DNA of 64,000 nt from an uncultured Candidatus Sumerlaeota bacterium. Its GTDB lineage: Bacteria; Sumerlaeota; Sumerlaeia; MVZB01. The DNA is taken from positions 17,021 to 81,020 of the forward strand of contig CAYYNQ010000103.1 in NCBI GenBank assembly GCA_964473105.1, given 5' to 3'. The notes under the pieces were generated by a model. That model made no database searches, had not been told where the DNA came from, and saw only the letters and a list, made by a program, of their open reading frames with translations. Of this stretch, positions 32,697-41,379 are shown one piece after another. A program made the position numbers and the translations under genes. The number at the start of each line of letters is the position of its first letter. The first letter of the stretch is position 1.

Positions 32697-33893
32697 TTAA
32701 AATTTCATATGCTGGGACGGGAGTGATTCTATTCTCTTTCCGGAGGGTTCTCCCTCCCGCCGGTGAAAACCGAGGAGCATCATGATCGGAATTAGAAGGG
32801 TGATCATGATCCCCGTCCAAAAATAGCTACGGGTGGTTCCGATCAGGTCATAAAGTAGGCCCGCAATCAATGCACCGATGCCCCAGCCCAACCCGTAATT
32901 AAAACCCGATACAAGGCTCTGCCCGGTTCCCCCCATTCCTCCCGGTGAAATCTCGTGTCCGCGGGCAATACTGCCCACCCACATCATGCCGAATGTGGGG
33001 CCGTGAAGCAGCTGGATCAGGATGATGGACCAGACCTCGGCGCAGACTGCGAAGCCAAATGCCCTGATGGCGAGGAAGGCGAAGGCACAGAGCATTAGGC
33101 GATTCGCGCCCCATTGCTTGAGAAGCAGTCCTGAAAACAACATGACGGGTATTTCGCTGAGCGCGGCCATCACGATTACGGATGCCATGACATTGCTTCC
33201 AAAACCCAGTGATTTCAGGTGAAGAATATAGAATGCAAACAACATGTTGAGACCCATGCCGTGGAGAAAAACAAAAAATAACAGACGGGCCAAGTTCGAA
33301 TTCCGGAGCATGCCCCGCGCTCCTTTCCAGAAATCCCTGCCGATACTTTTCGGCCATGAGGGTTGTCCCAGGAGCACAAGGCCCAGAAGGAGATAGAAGA
33401 AAAGGCCGGTGATGAACAGCGGGAAGAGTCCCGACCGATCGATTAAGAAGCCCGCCGGGAAAGTCATGGTGACCCAGCCAATACTGCCCCATAGCCGGAG
33501 TTTCCCGACCTCATTGGATTTATCGCCAAGGTTGTGTAATGAAAGGTTGTCGATGAATGGCATCAGCGGGGCGAAGCAAACGGAGTAACCGATCACCAGG
33601 GGCAGCATAAAATTGAAGGTGGATGCCCTGAGCAGTCCGAAGATGAATAAAATACTGCCAAAGATGAGCGAGATCAGGATAAGTCTATGCTGATGTGTGA
33701 AGTCGGCGAGACTGCTCCAGACCGGTGCGGCCAAGATCAGGGCGGCTGAAGGCATGGCCAGTAGAAGTCCCATCCTGCTTCCATCCAGCCCGTGGGATTC
33801 ATAGAGCAGCTGAAACCAAGGCACCATCGTGGCCATTCCGCTGAACAGAAGGAAGTAGACCATCTTGAGGCGGAATGTATGAAGTTGATCCAT
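32697..33893 (-). CDS. MFS transporter (12 TM)
   Basis: Twelve hydrophobic segments and the MFS loop pattern. Start placed at MDQLHTF; the ORF is open to 34016. Confidence 0.7.
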   Translation of the reverse strand: MDQLHTFRLKMVYFLLFSGMATMVPWFQLLYESHGLDGSRMGLLLAMPSAALILAAPVWSSLADFTHQHRLILISLIFGSILFIFGLLRASTFNFMLPLVIGYSVCFAPLMPFIDNLSLHNLGDKSNEVGKLRLWGSIGWVTMTFPAGFLIDRSGLFPLFITGLFFYLLLGLVLLGQPSWPKSIGRDFWKGARGMLRNSNLARLLFFVFLHGMGLNMLFAFYILHLKSLGFGSNVMASVIVMAALSEIPVMLFSGLLLKQWGANRLMLCAFAFLAIRAFGFAVCAEVWSIILIQLLHGPTFGMMWVGSIARGHEISPGGMGGTGQSLVSGFNYGLGWGIGALIAGLLYDLIGTTRSYFWTGIMITLLIPIMMLLGFHRREGEPSGKRIESLPSQHMKF

Positions 33894-34137
33894 GTTTTGG
33901 TATTGTTCCAATCGTTGTCGGGGCTCTATCATGACCACCACAGAAATGAGGACGCACCGGTCAGTCAGGCAAAATAGCCGGGTATTTCCAGTGCCCTGGA
34001 GGGGACGAAGGGACAAGGTCAGGTCACCTTTAAAAAGCGATCAAGTCCTTTTTTTGAATTTATGTCGGGTATATTCTGTCCCGGACTGCCACTGATTGCT
34101 CAACAATGAAGATAATCATGAAGATGATAAATAACAT

Positions 34138-35268
34138 TCACCAGGATTGTTCCTCCAGTATATCAGCGATCTGCCTTGCAGCAGTTCCGTTACCGTAAGG
34201 ATTGGAAGCCCGACTCATCGAGGAATAAAGTCCCGTATCGTCTAGTAATAATGATGTTTCATGAACGATCCGTTCCGTTTCCGTTCCAACCAGTTTCGCG
34301 GTTCCAGCGGCCACTGCCTCGGGGCGTTCGGTTTCCCCTCGCATCACCAGGACGGGTTTCCCCAGGTATGGTGCCTCTTCCTGGATTCCGCCGCTGTCGG
34401 TCAGGATAAGATGGCAATGATCCATTGCCCATGTGAAAGGCATGTATTCCATGGGGTCAACCAAGCGAATATTTGAGACGCCGCCCAGCAGTTGATTCAC
34501 TGGTTTCCGGACCGCAGGATTGAGGTGGACCGGGTAGACCCAAAGGTAGTCATTATATTTCCCCGCCAGTTCGCACAGGGCCCGACAGATCGACTCAAGC
34601 CCCGCCCCAAAATTTTCACGGCGGTGTCCCGTGATCAGGACCATTCGTTTCTGTGCGAGTTCCAGTGTGTCCGGGAAATCTGGAGGCATTCTCGGTTTAC
34701 TCGCGCGGACCCTGTCAACCATGATCCTCAATGCATCGACGACGGTGTTTCCGGTGACCCAAATACGTGAAGCATCGATACCTTCTGAGACAAGTCTGTC
34801 CTGTGCGGTGGTTGTCGGGGCAAAATGATAATCCGCTAGGTGGCCTATGAGCTTGCGATTCATCTCTTCAGGATAGGGGAAATATCTGTCTCCGGTGCGT
34901 AGCCCCGCTTCGACATGAACAATTGGAATCTTATTGTAATATGCTGCAAGAGCGGACATGAATGCCGTGGTTGTGTCACCTTGGATCACCAAGCAGTCAG
35001 GGCGTTCCTTTTCAAGGTGTTCAGAGAGTCTCTCGAGGATCCTGCATGATATTTCCGGGAGGGACTGTTCGGGCCGCATCAGGTTGAAGTCGCTTTCGAT
35101 ATTTAATTCAAATGCCCGTGTGACCTGGTCGAGCATTTCGCGATGCTGGCCGGTTACATGGCAATGGACATCGAACCGGGCTGACCTGCTGTGGAGTTCG
35201 ATTATGAGCGGGGCTAGCTTGATGGCCTCAGGACGGGTCCCGAATACCAGTGTTATTCTTTTTTTCAT
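34138..35268 (-). CDS. wecB: UDP-N-acetylglucosamine 2-epimerase (non-hydrolysing)
   Basis: MKKRITLVFGTRPEAIKLAP and TDSGGIQEEAP motifs, ~376 aa. Confidence 0.9.
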   Translation of the reverse strand: MKKRITLVFGTRPEAIKLAPLIIELHSRSARFDVHCHVTGQHREMLDQVTRAFELNIESDFNLMRPEQSLPEISCRILERLSEHLEKERPDCLVIQGDTTTAFMSALAAYYNKIPIVHVEAGLRTGDRYFPYPEEMNRKLIGHLADYHFAPTTTAQDRLVSEGIDASRIWVTGNTVVDALRIMVDRVRASKPRMPPDFPDTLELAQKRMVLITGHRRENFGAGLESICRALCELAGKYNDYLWVYPVHLNPAVRKPVNQLLGGVSNIRLVDPMEYMPFTWAMDHCHLILTDSGGIQEEAPYLGKPVLVMRGETERPEAVAAGTAKLVGTETERIVHETSLLLDDTGLYSSMSRASNPYGNGTAARQIADILEEQSW

Positions 35269-35278
35269 TATTACCGCG

Positions 35279-36574
35279 TTATGACTTCAGCGATGAAAAG
35301 ACTTCACCACCGGCCTCGATTGTTCGGTCGATGTCCGTTTCCGTATGTGCGGTGCTCACGAATGCAGTTTCAAACTGGCTGGGTGCAAAATAAATACCCT
35401 TTTTAAGCATGCCATGGAAATAGTCGGCATAGCGTTTCGTGTCCGACCGGGCTGCATCATCAAAATGTGTGACGGGCCCCAACTGGAAGAACATGCCGAG
35501 CATCGATCCCACTCGTGTGGAGAAGGTCTCAATCCCGGCATCGGCAGCAACCCCGGCAAGCCCCTCCATAAGACGGCAGGATGTCCTTTCCAATTTTTCA
35601 TAAAGGCTTCCGTCTTTCAGGAGTCTCAGGGTGGCAAGCCCCGCGGTCATGGCGAGCGGGTTTCCTGACAGTGTACCTGCCTGGTAGATCGGACCCGACG
35701 GCGCGATCTGTTCCATCAGGTCCTTCCTTCCGCCATAGGCGCCGACAGGCAGGCCCCCGCCGATCACCTTGCCGAGCATGGTCAGGTCGGGCATGACGTT
35801 GTAGAGCGACTGTGCACCGCCAAAGCCCACACGAAATCCGGTCATGACTTCATCAAAAATCAGCAACACATCGTATTGGTTGCAGAGGTTCCGCAGGCTC
35901 TGGAGATAACCCGGAAGCGGTGGCACGAGTCCCATGTTTCCGGCGATGGGTTCAAGCAGGACTGCGGCAATTTGGTCGGCTTGGTCCCGAAGTATATCTT
36001 CGACTGCCTTCAGGTTGTTGAACGGCACGCAAATTGTGTCGGCGGCCGTGGCAGTGGTGACCCCGGGGCTATCAGGCAGCCCGAAGGTTGCGACACCTGA
36101 TCCGGCCTTAACAAGCAGGCTGTCGGCATGGCCGTGATAACAGCCCACCATCTTGATGATCCGCGGTCGGCCGGTAATACCGCGGGCAAGCCGCAGGACC
36201 GCCATGCCCGCCTCAGTTCCGGAACTAACCATTCGTACCATCTCGATGGAAGGGATGGCTTCAATCACCAGTTCGGCCAGTTCCAATTCCGGTTCGGACG
36301 TGCAGCCGAAAGATGTTCCGCCATGTAGGGTTTTTTCGATGGTATCAACCACTTCAGGATGGGCATGACCAAGTATTAGCGGGCCCCAGGACCCTACATA
36401 ATCGATAAAATAATTACCGTTGACATCGGTCATGGATGAGCCGGCGGCCTCGTGGATGAAAATCGGCGTTCCTCCGACCGCGCCAAACCCCCTGACCGGG
36501 CTATTCACGCCGCCCGGCATTAGTGTCTTCGCCCGTTTCTGCAGTTCCTGAGATCGGGTGATGGTGAGCGTCAT
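35279..36574 (-). CDS. hemL: Glutamate-1-semialdehyde 2,1-aminomutase
   Basis: MPGGVNSPVRGF, a PLP-lysine region and class-III aminotransferase fold. Start at MTLTIT. Confidence 0.9.
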   Translation of the reverse strand: MTLTITRSQELQKRAKTLMPGGVNSPVRGFGAVGGTPIFIHEAAGSSMTDVNGNYFIDYVGSWGPLILGHAHPEVVDTIEKTLHGGTSFGCTSEPELELAELVIEAIPSIEMVRMVSSGTEAGMAVLRLARGITGRPRIIKMVGCYHGHADSLLVKAGSGVATFGLPDSPGVTTATAADTICVPFNNLKAVEDILRDQADQIAAVLLEPIAGNMGLVPPLPGYLQSLRNLCNQYDVLLIFDEVMTGFRVGFGGAQSLYNVMPDLTMLGKVIGGGLPVGAYGGRKDLMEQIAPSGPIYQAGTLSGNPLAMTAGLATLRLLKDGSLYEKLERTSCRLMEGLAGVAADAGIETFSTRVGSMLGMFFQLGPVTHFDDAARSDTKRYADYFHGMLKKGIYFAPSQFETAFVSTAHTETDIDRTIEAGGEVFSSLKS

Positions 36575-37135
36575 TTGATTTCCCCTTTTCATGACGGGAG
36601 AGACTGGAATAGGGCCAGCCGATTCCAGTTTGGTGGTTCTGGCGGGTGGCTGTCAAGGAATGAGGAAGAGCCGATTATCCTTTCAAGGATGAAGTCAAAG
36701 CGTGGTATAGATCGGCGCCTTCTAGGCAGATGGCCTGGCCATGAGCGATCCATTCAATCAGTATCTGCCAAGGGTTGTTGGATCATTCGGCATAATCCGC
36801 CGAATTCGTCTTTTCTCTATCCGTCAACCGATTTGTAACGTTGCCTTCCGCCCAGTCAAGGAGCCATATCTGGCATTACGCAAGCTGGTTATTCATCTCT
36901 GAACGGGTTGGAATGCCATTTTGGGATATCTTGTGTTTCATGGAAATCCAGCAGTCTGATTCCCGCATCCAGGATCCATTACACGCAATGTTTGGAGGTT
37001 TACGACACTCCGTGAAAATAGGCGCTGGATCTTTCCGCAGGACATCAGACCTTGACCCGTACAGGTGGTTCAATGGGGAGCTATCCTGTGGAATATAGTG
37101 CTTGGGCGTTACCAGAATCCACATTTATAAAAAAA

Positions 37136-37152
37136 TGGAACGATTCTTGAAT
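37136..37152. repeat. 17-bp direct repeat TGGAACGATTCTTGAAT, copy 1, upstream of rpoN
   Basis: Exact match to copy 2 at 37327..37343. The core ATTC-TT-GAAT has short palindromic arms. Confidence 0.6.
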
Positions 37153-37326
37153 CTCTATATGATATTGTTATTTAAAGGGTTGAGTCGTTTATAGAGATGA
37201 TATTTCCGAGAGAACAGGATCTTGGTTTATGTTTGGCTCTTGAACCAGCCTGTTGCACGCGATAAATTTACGGACGCATCCGGCTTGGAGAATGGTGAGT
37301 ATATTGGGAAGGGATGTTTTGGGTGG

Positions 37327-37343
37327 TGGAACGATTCTTGAAT
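37327..37343. repeat. 17-bp direct repeat TGGAACGATTCTTGAAT, copy 2, 20 bp before the rpoN start codon
   Basis: Exact copy of 37136..37152, 191 bp downstream, within an AT-rich leader. Confidence 0.6.
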
Positions 37344-37363
37344 TTTGATTTGGACGCTAACTG

Positions 37364-39040
37364 ATGGCTTTAAACCTGCAACAGCTCCAGAAGCAAACGC
37401 AACGTCTGATTATGACGCCGCAGATGCAGCAATCAATTCAGTTGCTCCAGCTAAATGCGATCGAACTGGAACAATTGGCTGAGCAGGAGCTGCTGGAAAA
37501 TCCTTTTTTGGCCATTGATGAGGAGAAACCGGAGAATCCGGACCGTGAAAACGACCTTGAGAGCGTGGGGCGGGTCGATGACGTGTCTTCCGGGGAACGG
37601 GCGTCCGCTCTGGATGATGAGGCCGGATATCAGAACGCCGATCCGGTTCAGGAACTGTCGCCGACCGGACCTGATATGGCGTCCCCCGGCGATTTGCCTT
37701 TGCCGGGTGATATGCCTGTTGAGACCAACCCTGAGGCTGAGCCGATTGGACCCGTCGAGGTGATTCCTAGCGGTGACCCGAATACATCCTCCGGGGCTGA
37801 GGCTGCCACTTCTGCCGAACCCTCATCCATTGAGGACGAGCCGGAACATTTCAAGGAAGTGGATCTCAACTGGGACGATTATTACAGCGATGCTGAGAAC
37901 AAGACCTACTTGGGTGGACGCGGTGAAAATGAGGAGCGTGATTTTTCTGAGTATGTGGCAGCCCGGACCTCATTGTATGACCATCTGAATTGGCAGCTTC
38001 GTTGTTGTGTGTTGAGTGGGATCGACGCGCAGGTGGGTGAATACCTGATCGGCAGCCTGGACGATGATGGTTATATGTCATCGGATGTTGTTCAGGATGC
38101 GGCAGTCCATTACGGTCTCGAGGTCGGAAAGGTTGAACAGACCTTGGCGATTATTCAGGAGTTTGATCCCCCGGGTATCGCAGCCAGGAATCTGGCTGAG
38201 TGCCTGCTGACTCAAATGAAGATGAACGAGAGTTACACGGACCTGGCACGGCAGGTTCTGGAGGAATATTTCACGGAATTCAAGAAGAAGAAATTTCGGG
38301 ATATTGCCCGCCAGTTGGAGGTTGAAGAGGCTCTGATCCAGGATATATTTCAAAAGGTTTGTCGTCTTGAACCGCATCCGGGTCGTTCGCTGACCCGGGA
38401 CTCGGTCCACTATATCAGCCCGGACGTCCATGTGAAGATCGTCGACGGCGAGGTCATGATCTACCTTAACGAGGGACAAGCTGGCCGGTTGTCCGTTGAC
38501 CGCTTCTACCGGCGGATGCTTCGTCAGCAGCACAAGGCGATGAATCAAAAAGAGAAGGAGTATGCCTCCGATCGTTTTCGCTCGGCGCTGAACTTGATCA
38601 AGAACATAGAGAAGAGGAAATCAACGATCCTCCGCGTCACCGAGGCGATCATGGAAGTGCAGCGGGAGTTTCTGGACAAAGGTGTTGAGGTGCTGAAACC
38701 GCTGACTCTGCGCGAAATTGCGGAGGTGGTAGGCATGCATGAGTCCACCGTTGCTCGCGTCACCTCGCGTAAACATGTTGAAACCCCCCAAGGAACCTAT
38801 CCGCTGAAATTCTTCTTTTCCTCGTCGATTGAGTCCTCCGGAAACGAAGCGATCAGTTCGCGTGCCATCAAGGACAAACTCCGGCAGATCATCGATGCGG
38901 AGGATGCGAAAAAACCGTTGTCGGACCAGAAGATTGCGGAGATGCTGAATGCACAGGGGTTTGACATCGCCCGCCGCACGGTGGCCAAATACCGTGAACA
39001 GTTGAAGATCCTCCCCGCCAAATATCGCCGTGAAACCTGA
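37364..39040 (+). CDS. rpoN: RNA polymerase sigma-54 factor with an extended acidic region II
   Basis: N-terminal LQLKQSQQL-type region I (LQQLQKQTQRLIMTPQMQQSIQLLQLN), core-binding region, HTH and the RpoN box ARRTVAKYRE. 558 aa. Confidence 0.95.
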   Translation: MALNLQQLQKQTQRLIMTPQMQQSIQLLQLNAIELEQLAEQELLENPFLAIDEEKPENPDRENDLESVGRVDDVSSGERASALDDEAGYQNADPVQELSPTGPDMASPGDLPLPGDMPVETNPEAEPIGPVEVIPSGDPNTSSGAEAATSAEPSSIEDEPEHFKEVDLNWDDYYSDAENKTYLGGRGENEERDFSEYVAARTSLYDHLNWQLRCCVLSGIDAQVGEYLIGSLDDDGYMSSDVVQDAAVHYGLEVGKVEQTLAIIQEFDPPGIAARNLAECLLTQMKMNESYTDLARQVLEEYFTEFKKKKFRDIARQLEVEEALIQDIFQKVCRLEPHPGRSLTRDSVHYISPDVHVKIVDGEVMIYLNEGQAGRLSVDRFYRRMLRQQHKAMNQKEKEYASDRFRSALNLIKNIEKRKSTILRVTEAIMEVQREFLDKGVEVLKPLTLREIAEVVGMHESTVARVTSRKHVETPQGTYPLKFFFSSSIESSGNEAISSRAIKDKLRQIIDAEDAKKPLSDQKIAEMLNAQGFDIARRTVAKYREQLKILPAKYRRET

Positions 39041-39665
39041 TTTGGGCTGCATTTCCCCCGGCAATTGTAATCGACAATCGGTCTCCGAACTCAGCCTAAT
39101 GCGAAAATCAGTTATCCGTGGTTCCGAACCGGTAACGAACCTAGTCTATCGGAAGTTTGCGGTGCGCCGGGTAGTTGCCATGTCGGAACCTTCCAGCCCG
39201 ACGCGGATCTGCCTCGTGGTGATGATATGGAGCAGCATCCGGATCGGTTTGTGCGTCAACAGATCCTGTGGAATGTATCCCTCAAATTCAATGTTTATAC
39301 CCTGGTTATTATTGATGACTTCAGGATCGAAGGAATGGGAATTAATATAGAATCCCCCTTAGTTCAGGATGTTCTGGAGATGCCCGGTATCATGTAAAAA
39401 AGACATGTGATAATGAGCAATACTTGGTTCAACTTCACGGGTTTATCCCCACCTTCAAAAGGTCAAAATATGTTTGTGCAAAATTATTAAGTCCATAATG
39501 ATAAGGATGAAGGGTAGAATGCCAATAAACAATTCCCACTTCGTCTCGATTATCCTGCAGGTGACCGAATTTCACAAGATCCACCCATTGATTTCACTTT
39601 ATCATTCGTTTTGGAACTGGGATGATATACCCGATTAACACCGTATATGTCTGGAGGAGCGAATC

Positions 39666-40433
39666 ATGAAATGGATACGTGAGCGTATGCTTTCGGGTGA
39701 GACCCTTGTCGGTACCATGCTGAATCTGGCTTCCCCATTTACAGCTGAGATTGCAGGGCATGCTGGTTTCGACTGGCTTCTGATCGACTTGGAGCACGGC
39801 GTTGGCGATGAGATGACTCTTGTCCACCAGTTGCAGGCACTGTCCGCAACCCCGGCTGTGCCGTTGGTGCGGATCCCTGCTAATGAGACCTGGCGTTTCA
39901 AGCGGGTCTTGGACTTGGGTGTTTTCGGTGTTATGGTCCCGCATGTCAGCAGCGCCGCAGATGCCGAGCAGGTCGCGGGTGCCATGCGCTATCCTCCAAA
40001 GGGCGTTCGCGGGGCCAATAAATCCAATCGCGCCTGTTGTTTCGGCGGAAAGGCGGGAGATTATTACCCGCATGCCAACGACAATCTGTTGTCGATTGTC
40101 CAGATTGAAACCGCCGAAGCGCTGGGCAATCTGGACGCGATCGCTGCGGTGGACGGGATCGATGTCCTGTTTGTCGGGCCGCTCGATTTGAGTGTCAGCA
40201 TGGGGATTGAAGGCCAGTGGGACGATCCGGAATTCAAAAAGGCCCTGGAGCATATCGCCGATGCTTGTCGTAAACACGGAAAGGTTGCCGGGATGCATGC
40301 AATCAGCACCGATCTACTCAAGCCCACCCAGGATTTGGGATTTACGATGATCGGCATGGCAGTTGAGAGCATCACCGTGACCCAGGCAATGAGGAATCTT
40401 TATTCTCAACTGGAAGTCGTGAAGAAGAAATAA
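39666..40433 (+). CDS. HpcH/HpaI-family 2-keto-3-deoxy-sugar-acid aldolase
   Basis: Collinear with the RhmA/GarL/HpaI type (DWLLIDLEHG, RIP, VPHV..A.DA). A GGAGG RBS precedes the ATG. Confidence 0.8.
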   Translation: MKWIRERMLSGETLVGTMLNLASPFTAEIAGHAGFDWLLIDLEHGVGDEMTLVHQLQALSATPAVPLVRIPANETWRFKRVLDLGVFGVMVPHVSSAADAEQVAGAMRYPPKGVRGANKSNRACCFGGKAGDYYPHANDNLLSIVQIETAEALGNLDAIAAVDGIDVLFVGPLDLSVSMGIEGQWDDPEFKKALEHIADACRKHGKVAGMHAISTDLLKPTQDLGFTMIGMAVESITVTQAMRNLYSQLEVVKKK

Positions 40434-40519
40434 TCGAGTTATTCTGAGTCTTGAATCTCGATCGTGAAACCCTGTATAAATCTACCTGCTCCAGAATATT
40501 ACAGAAGGAGGAAGTCGGC

Positions 40520-41353
40520 ATGGAACCCATGGAAATTGGCCTGATCACAACCATGGCCGAAGGTGTGGAAGAAACTTCGGAAACCATCAAGAAGCTTGAT
40601 CTTGGGAACATCCAGTATCTTGTAATGCCCGATGATGACATGTCGGACGAGTCAGTCGCGAAGATTCGCCGGGCCTTCGTGGATGAGGGGATTGAAATTA
40701 CGCTGCTGTTTTGTTTCTACCGAGGCATGGATTACTCGACGTTGGAAATGGGCGTGCAGACCGGAGGCTTGGTTCCCGCAAGATTTCGTTGGGAACGGTT
40801 GGACTGGACGAAACAGGTGGCGAATTTTGCGAAGGCCCTAGGTGCTTCGGCGGTCTGTTCACACTATGGCGAAATCCCCGAGGAACGTGATACTGGTGAT
40901 TACCGCGATTTGATCAACGTGACACAGGATATTTGTGATCATTGCAAGTCACTCGGCCTGACGTTCAACCTTGAAACCGGTGAGGACTCGACCCGGACCA
41001 TCCATAATTTCCTTGCCGATGTGAGCCGGGACAATCTGGGGATCAACTTCGACCCGGCCAACATGATTCTTTATGGCAAAAGCGATCCAATTGAGGCTCT
41101 GCGGGAGGTTTCCGACCACGTTCTCAGTGTCCATGTCAAGGATGGAAAATGGTCGGCCAACCCCGGTATTGAATGGGGCAGTGAGGTTCCTTTGGGCGAG
41201 GGCGAGGTCAATATTGAGGCCTTCATCAGGACGCTTCACGAGGTCGGTTATGCCGGACCACTGACAATCGAGCGTGAGGTCGAGGGTGAGGAACGAATCC
41301 GGGATGTTGCTTTGGGAATCAGGTTGCTCGAGGATATCAAGGCAAGGCTCTGA
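40520..41353 (+). CDS. Sugar phosphate isomerase/epimerase (xylose-isomerase-like TIM barrel)
   Basis: AP-endonuclease-2/xylose-isomerase-like TIM pattern (FNLETGEDS, HVKDG, EGEVNIEAFIRTL). Start placed at the ATG after the AGGAGG; the ORF is open from 40451. Confidence 0.7.
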   Translation: MEPMEIGLITTMAEGVEETSETIKKLDLGNIQYLVMPDDDMSDESVAKIRRAFVDEGIEITLLFCFYRGMDYSTLEMGVQTGGLVPARFRWERLDWTKQVANFAKALGASAVCSHYGEIPEERDTGDYRDLINVTQDICDHCKSLGLTFNLETGEDSTRTIHNFLADVSRDNLGINFDPANMILYGKSDPIEALREVSDHVLSVHVKDGKWSANPGIEWGSEVPLGEGEVNIEAFIRTLHEVGYAGPLTIEREVEGEERIRDVALGIRLLEDIKARL

Positions 41354-41379
41354 ATCCCATTCAAACAATCCATGTTTTC

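Noticed and set aside
36575-37098. Two ~85 aa plus-strand ORFs in the hemL-rpoN intergenic region, and a search for RNase P, tmRNA or 6S-like RNA there
   Set aside because: No motifs and no RBS. No conserved RNase P (AGGAAAGUCCGG) or tmRNA hallmarks. Treated as non-coding leader containing the direct repeats.
39594-40298. 234 aa minus-strand ORF
   Set aside because: Antisense to the HpcH aldolase, which has clear family similarity and a strong GGAGG RBS.
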